A stretch of 64,000 nucleotides of DNA from NCBI RefSeq assembly GCF_025526975.1, contig NW_026515668.1, forward strand, positions 1,240,001-1,304,000. The letters are read 5' to 3'. The position numbers and the translations under genes were made by a program. The stretch is from Fimicolochytrium jonesii (taxonomy: Eukaryota). Shown one piece after another: positions 35,017 to 49,479 of the stretch (position 1 is its first letter; the number at the start of each line of letters is the position of its first letter). The notes below the pieces were generated by a model. The model saw nothing but the letters and a program-made list of their open reading frames with translations. It made no database searches and was not told where the DNA came from.

Positions 35017-36054
35017 CTATTCCGGCTCCTTCCATCGTCTATCTTTCATACTCCATACGCGAGCAACGCTGCCTCCGCTTCTTGGGCTTGTAACTGGCGC
35101 GGCGAGGGGGTCGGTTGAGCGTCCATCCTGTGCCGCGTATGGCAAGAATCCCGACATTCTTGGTATTTGTGGTAGATGTGGTGATGAAGACGAAAATGTC
35201 GTCGGGAGCGGCAATGGGCGGCGATATTGAGTCCGCTCCTCGAGCTTCTGGCCTCGTTTCTGGGGTGAGGCTGGTTTAGCTTCAGCCGAAGGAGCTTGTG
35301 GGGAAATGTAAGAGGCTAGAAGCGGTCGGCTATGGCTTTTCTTGTCCGATGGATGCGTCGTCACGCGCATCCGAGCGAAGTCTCCATTCTCAGAATTTGC
35401 GTCTGCGACTAGAGGCTCGGGAGTATCCCCCGTCGACTTCTCTTGAAGGCTGGCTGGCCTGCTCGATTGCCCCGCACGTCGCCGCAAGCCGTCCTCCGCG
35501 TTCACAGACTCCTCTCCACCTCTGGGCTGGGAGATTTCGATTTCCCCACCAGCTATAAATCCCTTCATTGTCTCCACCCACCGAATGTAGGTGGATGACA
35601 ACTGAGCTTTTAAGAAGATGGTTCGACGGTTTTGCGGGTCACCGCTAGCCAAATCGGAGTGGTCTATAGCGAACGTACAAGGCTCTCCAACGTCGGCCTC
35701 ATCACGGAGGCCAACGATAGACGAAAAGGGGATGAACTTCGCAGTATGTTCCTTATCGCCGTTCCCGGAAGCTACAATCAACAAGGGCTTCTTCCGTACA
35801 CAGCTGTCGGCGAGATAACCCAGCATTGTGAGAACGTTGGGACTGGCCACGTCGGATGTGGCCTTCGGATAGACCATTCTGACCAATTCGTGAAATTGCT
35901 CCGCATCACTTGGAGTTGCCAAAATGACATAACAAGAGCGTGTCCCCAGCCCAAACGGGCGACATCTGAGCTGTGAGAAATGGGCTGCCAGGTGAACGGC
36001 GGATGGCGAAGATGTCTTCTCGCCGCTCTTGGCGAGTCGACCGAGCATGGACAA
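35017..36054 (-). CDS. Hypothetical protein with a PH-like segment; may have upstream exons
   Basis: 345-aa ORF; IPFSSIVGLR...CTFAID...RTIFLKAQLSSTYIRWVETMK resembles the end of a PH domain; S/P-rich tail. Confidence 0.5.
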   Translation of the reverse strand: MSMLGRLAKSGEKTSSPSAVHLAAHFSQLRCRPFGLGTRSCYVILATPSDAEQFHELVRMVYPKATSDVASPNVLTMLGYLADSCVRKKPLLIVASGNGDKEHTAKFIPFSSIVGLRDEADVGEPCTFAIDHSDLASGDPQNRRTIFLKAQLSSTYIRWVETMKGFIAGGEIEISQPRGGEESVNAEDGLRRRAGQSSRPASLQEKSTGDTPEPLVADANSENGDFARMRVTTHPSDKKSHSRPLLASYISPQAPSAEAKPASPQKRGQKLEERTQYRRPLPLPTTFSSSSPHLPQIPRMSGFLPYAAQDGRSTDPLAAPVTSPRSGGSVARVWSMKDRRWKEPE

Positions 36055-37891
36055 AAGAGGCAGACCTGTCGACGATCAGCGTGAACTCGATAGAGCGAAA
36101 GAACCTTGAAAGAGAGACTACGTTCGTGGCGGTACGATAGCGGGTGGGGGAAAGTGCACAGTGCATGTGCACTTGGTGAGCAGCCACCAGTTGGCTTGTT
36201 CAACGTTGGCCCATTGGCGGCGGATTTAGGCGGGGATTGCATGCAAAGTGATTGCAATTGATTCGACGCGTGGCGCCCGCCACCTGGGCTTGCAAATGCG
36301 AGAAGACGTATGATGACATGCCATCCATTGCTAAGCCGATACTCATACCAATGAGACAACCGTACTCTGCAATGAAGGTTTCCTGAGGGGCGGGGCTCAT
36401 CTTCGTCTAAAACGGTCTCCAAACTCCTCGGTACGGGTCTCCCGATCCCGTCATGACAATGCCCATTAGCAATCCCGCTAGGCATCCAACCAACACCTGG
36501 AGGACGAGAGATGTCAGAGTCCGCAGTTGCTGGATCAAACCGCGGTTGTGAGTGACAATGCCAGATCTGAGAGAGGAAGGTAGCGCCGCGCGCCTTAGTG
36601 ATCGCTGGGATGTGCGTATGGAAGTTCTCATTGACTACGAGTTGGGTCCCAATCTTAGGTGCCTTATGGTAGGCGCTCACAATAAAAGATAAGACAGGAC
36701 TGTTCGACATTGTAATGTGACTGATTACGGCGTCCTTCATGCTTCCATAGTCCTGCCCAATATCATATCTTGCGAATTCGCCACCCTTTCGCCCTTTAGC
36801 GTATCCACCTGCATGTGTGATCCATTGGAGCATTTAACACGTTACTGGCATGTGAAGGATTGAAGCTATTAAGATGTCAAGAGCGCATATGAATCTGGTA
36901 AGCCCGAGACAGGAAGCGAGGCGCAAGACGGCTGGATGTCGGTAAACCCCAGATTATTGTTTAAACAGCATATCATATCAATTCCGCTGATGATAAAAAC
37001 ATAGCATTACATTCAGCATAAAAGGATCGGGGAAATGAAAGCCATATGCAAGCCTTCAGGTCGCTATCTTCCTATTATACCGCCCCCGAACACTGACGTG
37101 ATTTCGACAGGTCGGAGCTATGCGAGTCGCCCTTGCCAGGGGGAGGAAGTCAAGAGCACATGATACGTAACGCATTCAAGCCCGTGATTAAACTCTTGAA
37201 AATGACATCGCTAATCATTTCCTGATCAAACCGCCCTCGATCCGTGGTCGCTCGACTTTAAATTCAAACAACGAGCCTCAATTCGTGCGGGAACGCGTTT
37301 CCCGCACCGTGATTAGCTTACGGCCATTTTCTAAACAACGAGGCTCTCGTCGGCGCTAAGCATCGAGGGCAAGCTTCCAGAGCTTCCTTTGAAGACTCAG
37401 CCAGGGGACAGACGGCGAAACGGCCAGGAGGGAATTTGATTTCCCACACGGTGTCAACGTGCAACGCTTTCATCGCCATCACAGTCGCATAGGCTCCCAT
37501 CGTACGCTGCCCCGTTCAAAAGTCCCTACTTCGGAAAGCCAGTGCCGCAGGCCGTCACCGCCACCGGTGCCGTCATCCACATAACCCGCCAGCTTACCGT
37601 CTCCTCTGTGGTGGTTAGATCCCAGAGCGTAAACGAACCTGCTGCTTCCTTGTACGCTTGGACTTCGGAAAGAGGTCACGCCGGATCCTATCGAACTTAT
37701 AGGTCGGTTCCTACACTTCTCTGTTGCACTTTGTCGTAAGCACAGCTAGTCGTCACAAACGCTCACATTTTACACTCGCAATCATCAATCGACACTTCGC
37801 CAAAAAGTGGCTTCAAACTGGCTGTAGCTGAGCGTCTCCCTTGACCCACAACCGTCAGTCCCTCTCCACAGTATTCTAAACTCGGGCGGAC

Positions 37892-39725
37892 ATGCAGGCA
37901 CAGCAAAGCTCGTCATCGGGCCAACCGCACGCGTTGACGGATTTACGAGTGGGAAACAAATTCAAAATCGGCCGCAAAATAGGGAGTGGCTCATTCGGAG
38001 ACATTTACTTGGGTTGGTGTCTTTCTGAAAAGTCCAGCACGGTGGCCACTTGCCCTATGTTCTAGAGGCAAGATTTTAGGATTATGTCCGAATTTTGCTA
38101 AACATATTCCTATCCCAGGAACCAATATCATCAATGGAGAGGAGGTAGCGATAAAGATCGAGGCTGTGAAGGCGAAGCACCCGCAACTCGAGTATGAGGC
38201 GAAAGTTTACAAGAGCCTAGCTGGCGGAGGTATGCTTCGGTGGGAGTTTATCGGGTGTCCACATCGTCTCAACCTTGTGAATTCTTTTTGTTATGAACAG
38301 TGGGCATCCCATTTGTACGCTACTTCGGCATAGAGGAAGATCACAACTGTATGGTCATTGATCTGCTGGGCCCAAGTCTCGAGGATCTTTTCAACTTCTG
38401 CGGTCGGAAATTCACACTGAAGACAGTCTTGCTACTTGCGGACCAACTGGTAAGGACCGCGTCGAGCTTCGTTTTGAAGCTCTGGTGCATCTGTGCTAAC
38501 GAACGCCACAGATTTCTCGAGTTGAATACATTCATTCCAAAAACTTCATCCACCGAGATATCAAGCCTGACAACTTTTTGATGGGCTTGGGCAAGCGCGG
38601 GAACCAAGTCAATGTCATCGACTTCGGTCTCGCCAAAAAGTACAGAGATCCAAAAACACATTTGCACATCCCGTACAAGGAGAACAAGAATCTGACGGGG
38701 ACCGCCCGATACGCCAGCATAAATACTCATTTGGGAGTTGGTAGGTTCATTTGTAACTATCGGTGTCCAAATTCCGAATATGGGAAGGTGAATTTGCTCC
38801 TTTGCAGAACAATCGCGGCGCGATGATTTAGAATCGCTGGGTTATGTCTTGATGTACTTCTGTCGCGGTGCTTTGCCCTGGCAAGGACTCAAGGCCGCAA
38901 CGAAGAAGCAGAAGTACGACCGAATCATGGAAAAGAAGATGACGACCCCGACAGAGGTGCTTTGCAGGTATGGTCCAGGAACTCCTACTATTACGTTCCT
39001 GTTTGTGAACGTGTGGCTGACGCAGTTTTGTTTTCAGAGGATTCCCAAATGAGTTCTCGATGTACTTAAACTATACCCGGTCGTTACGCTTCGATGACAA
39101 GCCGGACTACAGCTATTTGAGGAAGCTCTTCCGTGACCTGTTTGTTCGAGAAGGCTATCAATACGATTACGTTTTCGATTGGACGGTGGTGAAGTACCAG
39201 GTATGTCATGCGCTTTAAATTTTGCACAGCACAGAATCTGACACCTCTCCACAGCAGGAGGGTAAGGAGGCCCCGTCTGCCTCTCGAGAGGCCAGACCTG
39301 AGGACGCAGACGAGAGGTAAATGGGACACAGGTTGGTACTTTCGTACTTTGACAAAATCATCGTATTAATGTGTATTGACAGAGCGCGTGCGACCAATGC
39401 AGCGGCAGCTAACGCCGCCCGTCGAAGTGCCGCACCGGTTGCTAGTAGCTCTCAACGCCCCAATGTGAATCCTCAGGCAGCTTATCCGCAGAATACCCGC
39501 CCCCCAGCCGGAGGATATCAGCAATACTACCAAGGCGGCGAAGCTCCACCAACAAGTGCGTATCCTGTCGGCGGCGGCGGATACGCTTACGCGGATCCCA
39601 ACATAAGCAGAGATAGTTCGCGAGTCGCTACACCAGGAATGAGCATGCAGGGGGGGCCGGTGGGAAATGTCAGTGCTTCGCAACCACGAAAGCCCAGTGG
39701 CGGGACTCCGGCGAGGAACTACTGA
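37892..39725 (+). CDS. HRR25: Casein kinase I (Hrr25/CK1 delta-epsilon-like), multi-exon
   Basis: [90 protein letters not shown]. Confidence 0.95.
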
Positions 39726-40212
39726 TCGCCCTTGGGAAGGATGGGAGTGAGGACGATAGTGCTTGCTTAGATTTGTTTTTTGTGGCCCGGCAAGTTTTTC
39801 ATCGTCTCATGCCATCTGTTGGAGACGTACCTCTCGAACATCCAGTGGGAGCCAAATGTGAAGCTTTGTAGTGCCCAGATTCCCGGCATGGGTGGACGCT
39901 GCAACTTCGTTTTGGATCGCCATTTTTTCTTGTACAGTTAAGAGTTAATTCATGCGTAGCCTTTCTATCGCTTCGATCCACGTTGTTGTCTCTTAGCTCT
40001 ATTTCTTTCGAGCTTCCATATCCGCGCAGCCCTCCGTACGCAACCTGGCAGGGCGCAGGTCTGAAGAAAGCTGAGGCAGGCTGGGCGAGTTAAGGATCAA
40101 ATCGTTTCTTTACACTCAAAAGTGATATCATCATTACGAAAAAAAACAGATATGGTAACACGCGGGAACTCCTCTATATATACACATATACATACACACC
40201 AAATACGCCGAA

Positions 40213-41537
40213 TCACACCAGAACGAAACTGTCTCGCTCCCCAGTCTCCTCCTCTTCATCCGCTTCCTCGATCTCCGCTCGTGGGTAAGGACTTCCCGGG
40301 AACGACGTCGACTCGCTGCCATCTGTCGAGCGAAGCGCGTCAACCTCCTCCTCCTCCTCTTCCTCAATCACGCTAGGGATTTTGATGGGGTGCTGGCAGA
40401 ATCCCACGGTCTTTGCCCTCCTTCGTCGCATATAGGACGTGTCGGGGGCCGATGAAGGGCACATCCCCCGCGAAGCATCGAGGTACGCGCGGAAAGTGTG
40501 CGCCGCCGACGACGATGAGGGCGAAAGGATCTCGTATTGCGTTGTCTGATCCATGATGGTTGGAGCGACTTGGACGGCGATGGTGGACTCTGCGGCCCGA
40601 GCGACGACCTGTGTGCAGGCATCCCGGGTGGTTACGGAAGGGAACTCCACAACAGCCGAGGTTTGCGCTGCTGTCGAGGTCATCATGGTCCTCGGCTTGG
40701 GGGCGTTGAAGAGGGGATGGAAGAAATTCATAGGTGGCTGTATGTGATGAGGTATGACCTGCACTGCCTGCTCGTGTGTGATGACCGAAGCTTGCACGCT
40801 CATCGCGCTTCTCGAACCCACGGATAGCGCCTCGGATTGGCAGCCTACGTTCTTCTGCTCGTTGACTACCCAGCTGTTGAGGGTCTGCTTCCATCCCATT
40901 GCCGAGGCGAGGAGACCTTCTTCCATTTCTCTATCCTCCATCTCACCCATCAACGTGCCCGGCAAGCTAGACAGCGGCTGGTAGTACGCTCCAGCCGTGA
41001 GATGCGCAGTGTCCTCGTTGTCAAAGTCCGAGTCGCCGTCGTCGGAGGAGTCGTCCGATGCGTTGTCAGAAACATCGTCTGAGTTGTACGATTCAAACAA
41101 TTGCACGCTCCGGTATGAGCGTGATACGGTGAGGCCTTTCAGTTTGAGGATAGGCGCCCGTTCTCCGTTATGGTTGACGCATCGGATGGCTTCCTGCAGC
41201 TCGATTTGCTGGTCGATGCGGCATTCATCTCCTTCCTCATCGATCCACGAAAGGGTCAAGTCTTTATCGGCCTTTAGGCTGTACAGCGAACGCACGGTGG
41301 CAAGCAAGTCAGTGTAGTCGGCTGTGAGGAGGGTGAATCGGCGGGTGATTCCATCAACCTAAATGAAATTTTCGATGTGAGCAGTTGGTCGATTCAGCAG
41401 GGAGAGAGAATCGAACGACTTACGGTGATTTTGGCCGAAACGTCGCTAAATACCAAGTCCATGAAGGGAGTGGTCTGCGTTTCGCCGACCCTCAGGTCGG
41501 ACTCCCACGGGATATTGTAAGTAAGCGCACCGAGCAT
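40213..41537 (-). CDS. PB1-domain protein, 2 exons
   Basis: SAKIT|VDGITRRFTL...LTLSWIDEEGDECRIDQQIELQEAI (PB1 lysine plus OPCA motif); intron ~41359-41423; acidic low-complexity tail. Confidence 0.75.
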
Positions 41538-42789
41538 GTTGAGAGAGTATAAGTTAAAGTTTACAGAGTTCCCAAGGTTCAGTTTTGGAGAGCAGAAGCT
41601 GGCGCTGGTGTGAACAAGCTGTATATATCTCTTCGCCAAGTCCAAAGATGCTCTTCCTTGCCTTTCCTGAGACAAAAATCGGAGTTGACACGTCCCACGT
41701 TACGTCAGCAGATACCCTTCTCGCCGTCTTCAAACCTGCGGACGGCCGACCGCTGTTGCCAAAAAGAGTTCCAACATCGGATAAGCTTTCCAGCGGCAAC
41801 ATACCGCAACAATCACGTGGCTCCTGAAGTGAGAACGCCGTTTCAAAGCTTTGCCGTCAGCGCTAACGACGGGCTAACGAGCCGCCTTGGCCTTTACAAA
41901 GCGTCGACTTTCGGAAGTGAACCACCGGCTGTGGTTTCAAACCGATAACGAGTTCTGCTGGACTTCTTTCTTAACTCCCCGGTCAAATTCTGAGCCATAT
42001 TTGACGCCAATGGTCAAGTCCTGATGATCATGGAGCAAAACATGGAATGAACGGGCAACTGGCTCTCTAAAATACTGAACAATCCGCACGGCATCTTGTG
42101 AGGCGTGACTTGCCACAAACACTCCAATTTCTTTCCCAAGATACGTCACATGCAAGCTCACAAATGAAAGTACAGTACATCTCGTGGCTTGCTGGTTTAC
42201 TTCTCATCACCGGTTCTCCACCGCGGGCAAGCCACAGACAGACGCACGTGAGAACGCATCCTTGTATCACCTACAGAGGGATGTGAAAGCTCCATCACAG
42301 CATGCATGTCTCTCGAGAGCACTTTGAGATTTCACTTGTCGAGGGTTATCTTCACCGCGGCACCGAGGAATTGACAGTACGGAGCTCGGCCGGATTTCGG
42401 ACAAAACGCCCGTGGACGCGAAACCGGATAGGCGGACCTCCATGCTCAACCCTTTCGGAGCTCGCGTCCGAAGTCCGTCGTCGACTTGTGAGACTGCGGG
42501 ATTGAGCCCACCTATCCAAACCGTTGCCCGTGATCGTTCGGTTACTTGAAAGCATTTCCCAGCAGGCAAAACAGGACAGCTCTCCAAAACTGGACAATTC
42601 GATACTGGATAAACATCCTTGGTACGGGACATGTGTGTCTCTCCGCCGTTACCATCCAGTCAGCAAGACCATTGATGAAAATGACGGCGGAAAAAAATGC
42701 TATAAAAGCCTTGTGGGCAATTGATTCCCTGCAAGTTGTCAATGCATGGCAGCCATCTACTCGATCTAACAAACCCAACCTCTTTTATC

Positions 42790-44491
42790 ATGATCGAGTT
42801 GACGACCATCTTTGCCGGCGCTTGTTTGCTCTTCTGCATTTTCTATCGAGGAAGCAAAATCTCGTACCCGACCGCATCGGCAGGAATCCCGTGGCTAGGC
42901 ACACTCGTCCGCTGGAACGAGGATGCACCGGCCTTCTTGCAATCCGCGCGCGAGAAATACGGAGATGTCTTCCGCGTTAATCTCATCTTCTTTCGGGTGA
43001 CCTTCATCGTCGGAACCGAAGCAAACAAGTTCTTCTTTCGCGCGAAGGATGATACCCTCAACTTTTTCACGGCGATGGCTCGCTTTTCGGAGTCCTTTCT
43101 TGGGCCAGGTATCGTTGCCGACGGTCGCCGCGGGTCTTGGCCTGATAAGGGCTCACGTATGACTTTGTTCCGACAGGGATCTTTTCCAACATGGAGTGGG
43201 TTGCTGAAGCCTGGAAGTACATTACCAAGGTAAAAATAGGGTGATTCGAGAAGATGTCGGCACGACCAACCCAGCATTTGGCTAATGAACCTATTACTCA
43301 TAGGGGTTTAACACACCGTCGCAACTCAAGTTCTACAAGCAAACCATCATGCAAGACGCCGAAGCCGCCTTCAAGCAATGGGAACAGAAGGGACGAGTCG
43401 ATCTGTTCGTCGTCGTCAGCTCTCTCGTCTCGCAAACGGTGCTTCGATGCATGTTTGGCGACGAGCTCATCGACAAGCACGGTGAAGAGATCGCATCCCT
43501 CATATACGAGATCGAGACTCTGTCGGCGGCGCCGCTGCTGTTCGTCCTCCCTCGGTTTCCGTCTCCACCACAGATCCGAATCACTCGTGCCAGAAACCGC
43601 TTGTTAAGTCTCTTCGACGGGAACATTGCAGACAGGATCGACAATCCTGAAAAGTGGCGCGATTCGCATGACTACATTCAGACCGTCCTGAACGACAACG
43701 GAGCCATATGGCAACGCTATTTGGGCTTGCACACCTTAAGCGTTGCATTAGCCGCCTTCACAAATACCGCAGGTAAGGAGGGGCTCGGTGACGATTCATA
43801 TCGCAAGCTTTTCTCATCTCTTTGCCTTCCCGTCCTATTAGGCACGATGGGGTGGACGATCGCCAGCATTGCGGCAGACCAATCAATCCTCAAGAAGGTC
43901 GTCCAAGAGGTGGATTCGAACCCAATGGATGGCGACGTGATCAACAGTCTCAACTCATTGCCCTTCCTCGACTGCTGCATGAAGGAGACCGTTCGGAAGT
44001 ATAGCTTGCTCATGGCTCTGCGAACCGCGGAGCAAGATATCACCTTCAACGGCCATGTCATTCCAAAAGGAGAAATTGTCTCGATCTCCCCGCTTCTCGT
44101 CCATCGCGACCCCGCAATCTTTCCCGACCCCAATGCATACAAGCCGGAACGATTCGCCGAGAAGGTGACGTTGGAGAAAGTCAACCGCGAGATGGAGTTC
44201 GTGCAGTTCGGACATCTCAAGCACAGGTGCCTCGGCGAGCGCTTTGCCAACCTTGTGTTGAAGAGCGTTTGGCATATGCTCTTCAGCGAGTATGATGTCG
44301 AATTGGAAGCGCCGCTGCCCGAAGCGGATTTTACGAAAGCGGCCGGGACACCGTTCCCGAAGGCCCCCATAATGGTGAGGATATCTCACCGCCTTGCCCA
44401 AGACCGCACTCTCAGCGTTCGAGCGAGCGGTAAGTCTCGTGTCAATGGAACAGTAGTAGTGGCCGCTGAGACGTTCGTTCGCGAGGAGTAG
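42790..44491 (+). CDS. Cytochrome P450, divergent CYP51-like, 4 exons
   Basis: N-terminal anchor, IPWLG...FLQSAREKYGDVF, KETVR (ExxR), YKPERF, heme motif FGHLKHRCLGERFA; introns near 43110-43177, 43230-43303 and 43773-43841. Confidence 0.9.
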
Positions 44492-44743
44492 ACCCTTAGT
44501 GCCAGACTGGTTTCCCTTTGTCTGATGTCCGCTTGTCGTAAAAGTCTCATTATACATGTTGGGTCCATATACTGTATGCTTTGGTTTCTTTGGTTTCGAA
44601 ACATGATGCCCCCGGCGGAGGCTGGGCAAGTGGTAGACGCTGTCAAATCCTGTTGTTTGTCAGGGCTGTGAGACGGCGCGTGAAGGGCAGAGTCAATTCC
44701 AAGTCGTTTCCCCCAATTCTCTCCTCCCCCGTCAAGACCCTCG

Positions 44744-47440
44744 ATGTCCGACCACTCGACCATCTCCGCAGTCGGCGGCAATGGAGGGAGCACAGCACTG
44801 CCATGCCGTCCGTCCTTGTGGAAAGTTGAAGTTGTGATCCAAAGTGACAAACGTAAACGAGAGATCGCCGAACAGTTTGCAAAAGCGGGCCGTAAGTGTG
44901 GCTTCAGGCTCAGCTCATCTTCGAAGACCGAGCTAACACATATGGCATAGTTTTGGACGGCTACCGATCCGACTCTTCGTCTTCCGCCCGCACAGGAGAA
45001 GGTATGCTTGCGGCCTCACCAACGAGGTCAGTTTGTTCTGCGCGTTCCATCGATACTTTGCTTTCCATACCTCCGACGTATGGGCAGCCATATTCCGTAT
45101 CGCCAAAGGAGCTGTCTATACCTAAGAGGTATGAAACCATTGCGCTCGAGTATTTAAAAGGTAGTTCTGAGCATATGTTGATTCATCCTCAGGAAGCCTG
45201 TCCGAAAGCCAATTGGTCCGATTGGCGTCATATCCGTACCGGTCTACTTATCGTCTGAGGACGATGGGAGCCAAAGCAGCACATCGACGGATCGAAGCAC
45301 CCATCAAACGACACGGCGTCGGAAGCGCAAATCGCAGCCCGTCCGGAAGCAACAAACCACTTTGGCCGCCTCCTGGGCGAAGGCGGAGAGTAAGCCGAAG
45401 CGCGTCAATGAACGAGTTACGCGTTCATCTGCAGCAGGCGGTCGCGGGAGCACTCGCGAGGGGCATGTCATGCGCAAGGATCCTCCCGAAAGAAGGCGGA
45501 TAACGCGACAGAGTGTGCGGAACAGCTCGCAACATGAGAACAGCGAGCCGGAGGTGGTCGTACTGAGTTCCGACGGCGGAGACGCCACTTACGTGGCGAG
45601 GACAGAAAAGAGACGCCGGAAGGCGCCATCATCCGGTAGAGACGATGGCGTTTCTGTACGTGTAGGATATGAAGAAAGCGAAACGGCCGTTTCTACCGCT
45701 GAGGATGAGGAGCAAGCCTCCGCAAGGCCGCCTGTGAGAGTGAGAGCTAGCACGAGGCCGTCCCGTCGAGCATTGTCGAAGGATGCTGAAAGCAGGTCTG
45801 GGCTCAGCCGGGGATCTACTCCAAAACGGAAAGAACCAGCAACTTCCAGTAAGAATGCGCACTTCGCTCCGATAGTGGTGGAAAACTGGCGACCAGCGTT
45901 CGTCCATGATATGGACAATGAGAACGACGAGAATGAGGGCGACAAAGACGACGAACTCATTTTCCGTCCGAGCCAAGGCTCTGCCCGTAAACGGAAACGA
46001 GCCGTCGTGGTGGAATCAGACGATCACGATTCAGACGAGCCCCTCCCAACGCCTAGAAGGCGCCTCAAACTGCGACATGTAGAGGTCGATGAGGCCCCGT
46101 CTCCACCGAACTTCAACGGACATAGCTCTCCAATCAGTGTGCTAGATTCCGAGGTTGAGAAAGCGACGGGTGAGGAGGAAGGAGAAGAGTATGATGACGA
46201 TGATCTGTATCTGAGCGAGGACGCGTTGAAACCACGACCGAGCGAAGAGGCGAAGTCCTTCAAGGATGCGTTAGCAAAGATGAAAGGTGTGCTGGCGCTT
46301 GTTCCAAAATGTCCTTCAGTTGACAGAATACTCATAAACATTTCGCTACAATTCAGAAAACCGTGCGCAAGGCGACATGGTACCAAAACCGGAAGTTCTC
46401 GATGAGAGTCAAAGCGCAAGCGAGTCCGACCATTTGACCGGAGGAACATCATCAGCGGAAGAAGATAGCGACCAGAATATGAACGATTTTGTAGTAGAGG
46501 GTGATGCTGAAGACGACGAGCCAGTGGAACTACCAGGTGCGGACTCCCCTCACCCTCACCACGACTGCGAGTATAAGACCGCTGGTAGTCTAACAACATC
46601 CGTATACCTCCAGAGGAATTCCATCTTGGCGGTTCGCTGAAGCAGTCCTTCGAAGCCTTTGTGCGGAAACTGGTTGATCTTTTCTTGACAAACGAATCAC
46701 ACTCCGAGCCTGCGATTGAATCAACCCGTGAAGGCGTTATTGAGAAGCGGCTCAATGACCTAAGGTTTTCGTTGATGCAGAGTGATGCGTGGAAACCGGA
46801 ATATAAGGTAAAACGGGACTCTCTCTTGTAAAGTGCCGGCACGCATTGAACATCACATCTCCGAACAGGATATCCTGGACAAATATCCAATTTTCTCATG
46901 GAGACATGACCCCAAATACGATGGCATCTGCGACGCATGCCACAAGTCTAATCAAACCGCCAACCGACGCGTTACTTTGACAGGTCCCATATACGATCGA
47001 CTCACGCTATCTGTACGTGGTGTGGGAAGTGCACACCAGGATACCGACACCACACTTACACGCATTCTCCGAAAATGCAGGATGAAGACGATGAAGAGGA
47101 GTACCCATTGTACGAGCAATTCGCGTTCAATGTTGGTCCGACATGCCAGCGCCGGTCGGAAACGTACTCTAGACTGCACCACTACAAATGGAATGTATAC
47201 AAGAAGGTGCAAGCGCTCATACTGAAGCTACGGGGACGGGGGATTACTGGTGACGCGACGGAGTACACCGAGGAATTGAAGCGGAATGGGAATATTCAAA
47301 TGGTTTGTGTGCCTTGTCTTCGAAAATTTTGGGAGAAGTACGAATGGCAATCACGCGCTAATCGCGTCGTTACATTTCAGCTCTTCGACAGCTGGCAATA
47401 CACAATGGACCGAGCCAGCAGTGAATACGCTCGCGGATGA
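44744..47440 (+). CDS. DUF4211/CCDC82-like protein, multi-exon; start uncertain
   Basis: Long acidic/basic disordered region followed by SDAWKPEYK, CDACHKSN...VTLTGPIYDRLTL and FNVGPTCQRRSETYSRLHHYK. Confidence 0.7.
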
Positions 47441-47631
47441 GCCACTCTAACCAATCGGCAAATAAAACAATCATATTTGTTCACACAAAACGACCGCAGT
47501 CCTGTACAATTTGCATGATATGCACGGTTCGCACCATTTCTCACATTTCGAAAATCAAGTCCGCCAAGTCCGCGTTTAAATATATACCGAGAAAGGAGGC
47601 GCCGGAGACAGCTACGTAACTCCATACTCAG

Positions 47632-49479
47632 CTAATGGGTAGCACCAGCGTCGCCGTCCACGCGCGTCCACACGACCGTGGACCTACTTCCCTTACCTAA
47701 CAGTCGGGCACGAAGGCGAATGGAGAACACGAAGCTCACTGCGACAAGCATGCCGCATATCGCAAACAACGTGGACGAGTTCATCTCATGCACTTTGAGC
47801 AGCGCGACCACCACGATGAGGTTCAGCGGAATGCGGAACACGTTCATGACGGTCGACCGCGTCTCTTCTGGGACCAGCTTTGATCGCAGGGTGCCGAGTG
47901 TGGGAAAGTAGAGCCCGCAGGAGAATTCGAAGAGGTTGAAGGTTACGAAGACTGTGGGTTCGTCGGAGACAAATACTGGAACAACGAGAGCGAATGCGGC
48001 GAGGCCGAATGTGATTCGTGCAATGTCCTCGTGTTTCATGCCGCGCCGGAGAAGAACTTTGAAGGCTACGGAACCGAGCATGATGGAGACCATAAACGCG
48101 GCGAAGATGAGACCGTAGGGTACGGGAGGACCTGTGAAATAGAGTTTTTGGCCATGCGTGAGTAACACAATGTCGACCAGCCTCGTTGTGAGCGCTTTGA
48201 ATACATATATACCTTTGAACTCCTGACCGGCTGGCAGGGTCCGCAAAGCGGCATCCTTTAATACCGGGCTCCACAAAAACACGAACGTGTACATAGCAGA
48301 CTCGAAAAGACATTGCATAATGCCGACCGCAAGGATATCTTGATCTGAGAGACGTTGAATGTATGGACATGAGTGACAAAGCTCTTGGGGAAGTCACAGT
48401 CTCTTCTCCGGCTTTACCTTTCAAAATGAGCTTCATCACATCAAGTATGGAGGTGCTCGTGCCCTCGTTTTTATCATTACTTCCGTAGTTCTCTCGCCAT
48501 GTCGGTTGGATAACGAAAGCGGCGGCGACGAGGAATGCCATTGATCCCATGAACGGGGACACCTCGCCCCACATTGACGTCAGCGCGTGGGCCAAGAGTC
48601 CCGAAAGAATCGCAACCAGACCATTCAAGAAGATGGCCCATGCAAACGTGTCGGACAGTAAGCTCTCCCGGAAACCTGAAGGAATTGGAAGCCACGTTTC
48701 AACGCGTCGCGTCGGGTGAAGGAGCCCTGCTTGAAAAACGCCATTCCTCACCTCGAGAATGATGCTCGCTCACCATCCAGGCCTCAAATACGGAGAAGAG
48801 GAGGGATGTAGAGATACCTCCCAACAAACGTCCGAACAGGAGGACGGCGTAGTTGGAACTCAATTTGGTTATGCACGAGGCGGCGTAAACCGCGCAGAAC
48901 AGCAGACAAGCTCGTTTGCGTCCTCTATAATCGAGAAGAAAAGCATTTAGAAACCCTCGGTGAAACCATGCCGTTTACGCAGTTGACGTACGCTTTGTCG
49001 GCCAGGGAACCAAGAATGGTGCCAAAGATAGCCGATGACAAGAACCCAACTACAAACAAGACTGCGATCTGGTCTAGCTCATAGCCATACGACTGATAGA
49101 GGGGGTAGGTTGCGGGCCCCTGAAGCCAGTCAGCGGCTATAAGAGAAGGAACAAATAGATATGATCAATGCCAAATCGCACACGCACGCGTTCATGGGAA
49201 TTACTTACTCATGACAAGGCCATACACAAGCAAATAGTTCTTCTGGAAGAGTTTGAATGCCGAGCCTTCCTTCAAGGAGGAAGGGCTTGGCAGTTCACCC
49301 TCGCCTGCCTCCAAGCCCGAGTCGAGATCATCCTTACTGCTCTTAAAGCTAGCCTTGTCCTCGGCAGCATTTGTGTCTGCCGGCTGGTCGCGCGAAAAGT
49401 AGCTGGCGGCGGCGCACGCGAGAACGAGGAACGCGAAGCCTGTGCGGTAGACGGGATGGTGTTCTGCGTCGACGGTCAT
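47632..49479 (-). CDS. MFSD5/DUF791 molybdate-anion transporter-like MFS protein, multi-exon
   Basis: FKLFQKNYLLVYGLVM|AADWLQGP.TYPLYQSYG, LFSVFEAW, QCLFESAMYTFVFLWSP, RSTVMNVFRIPLNLIV. Confidence 0.9.

Noticed and set aside
35778..36833. 351-aa minus-strand ORF as a separate gene
   Set aside because: It overlaps the 35017-36054 ORF in another frame and its 3' half is not protein-like; at most its 5' part is an upstream exon.
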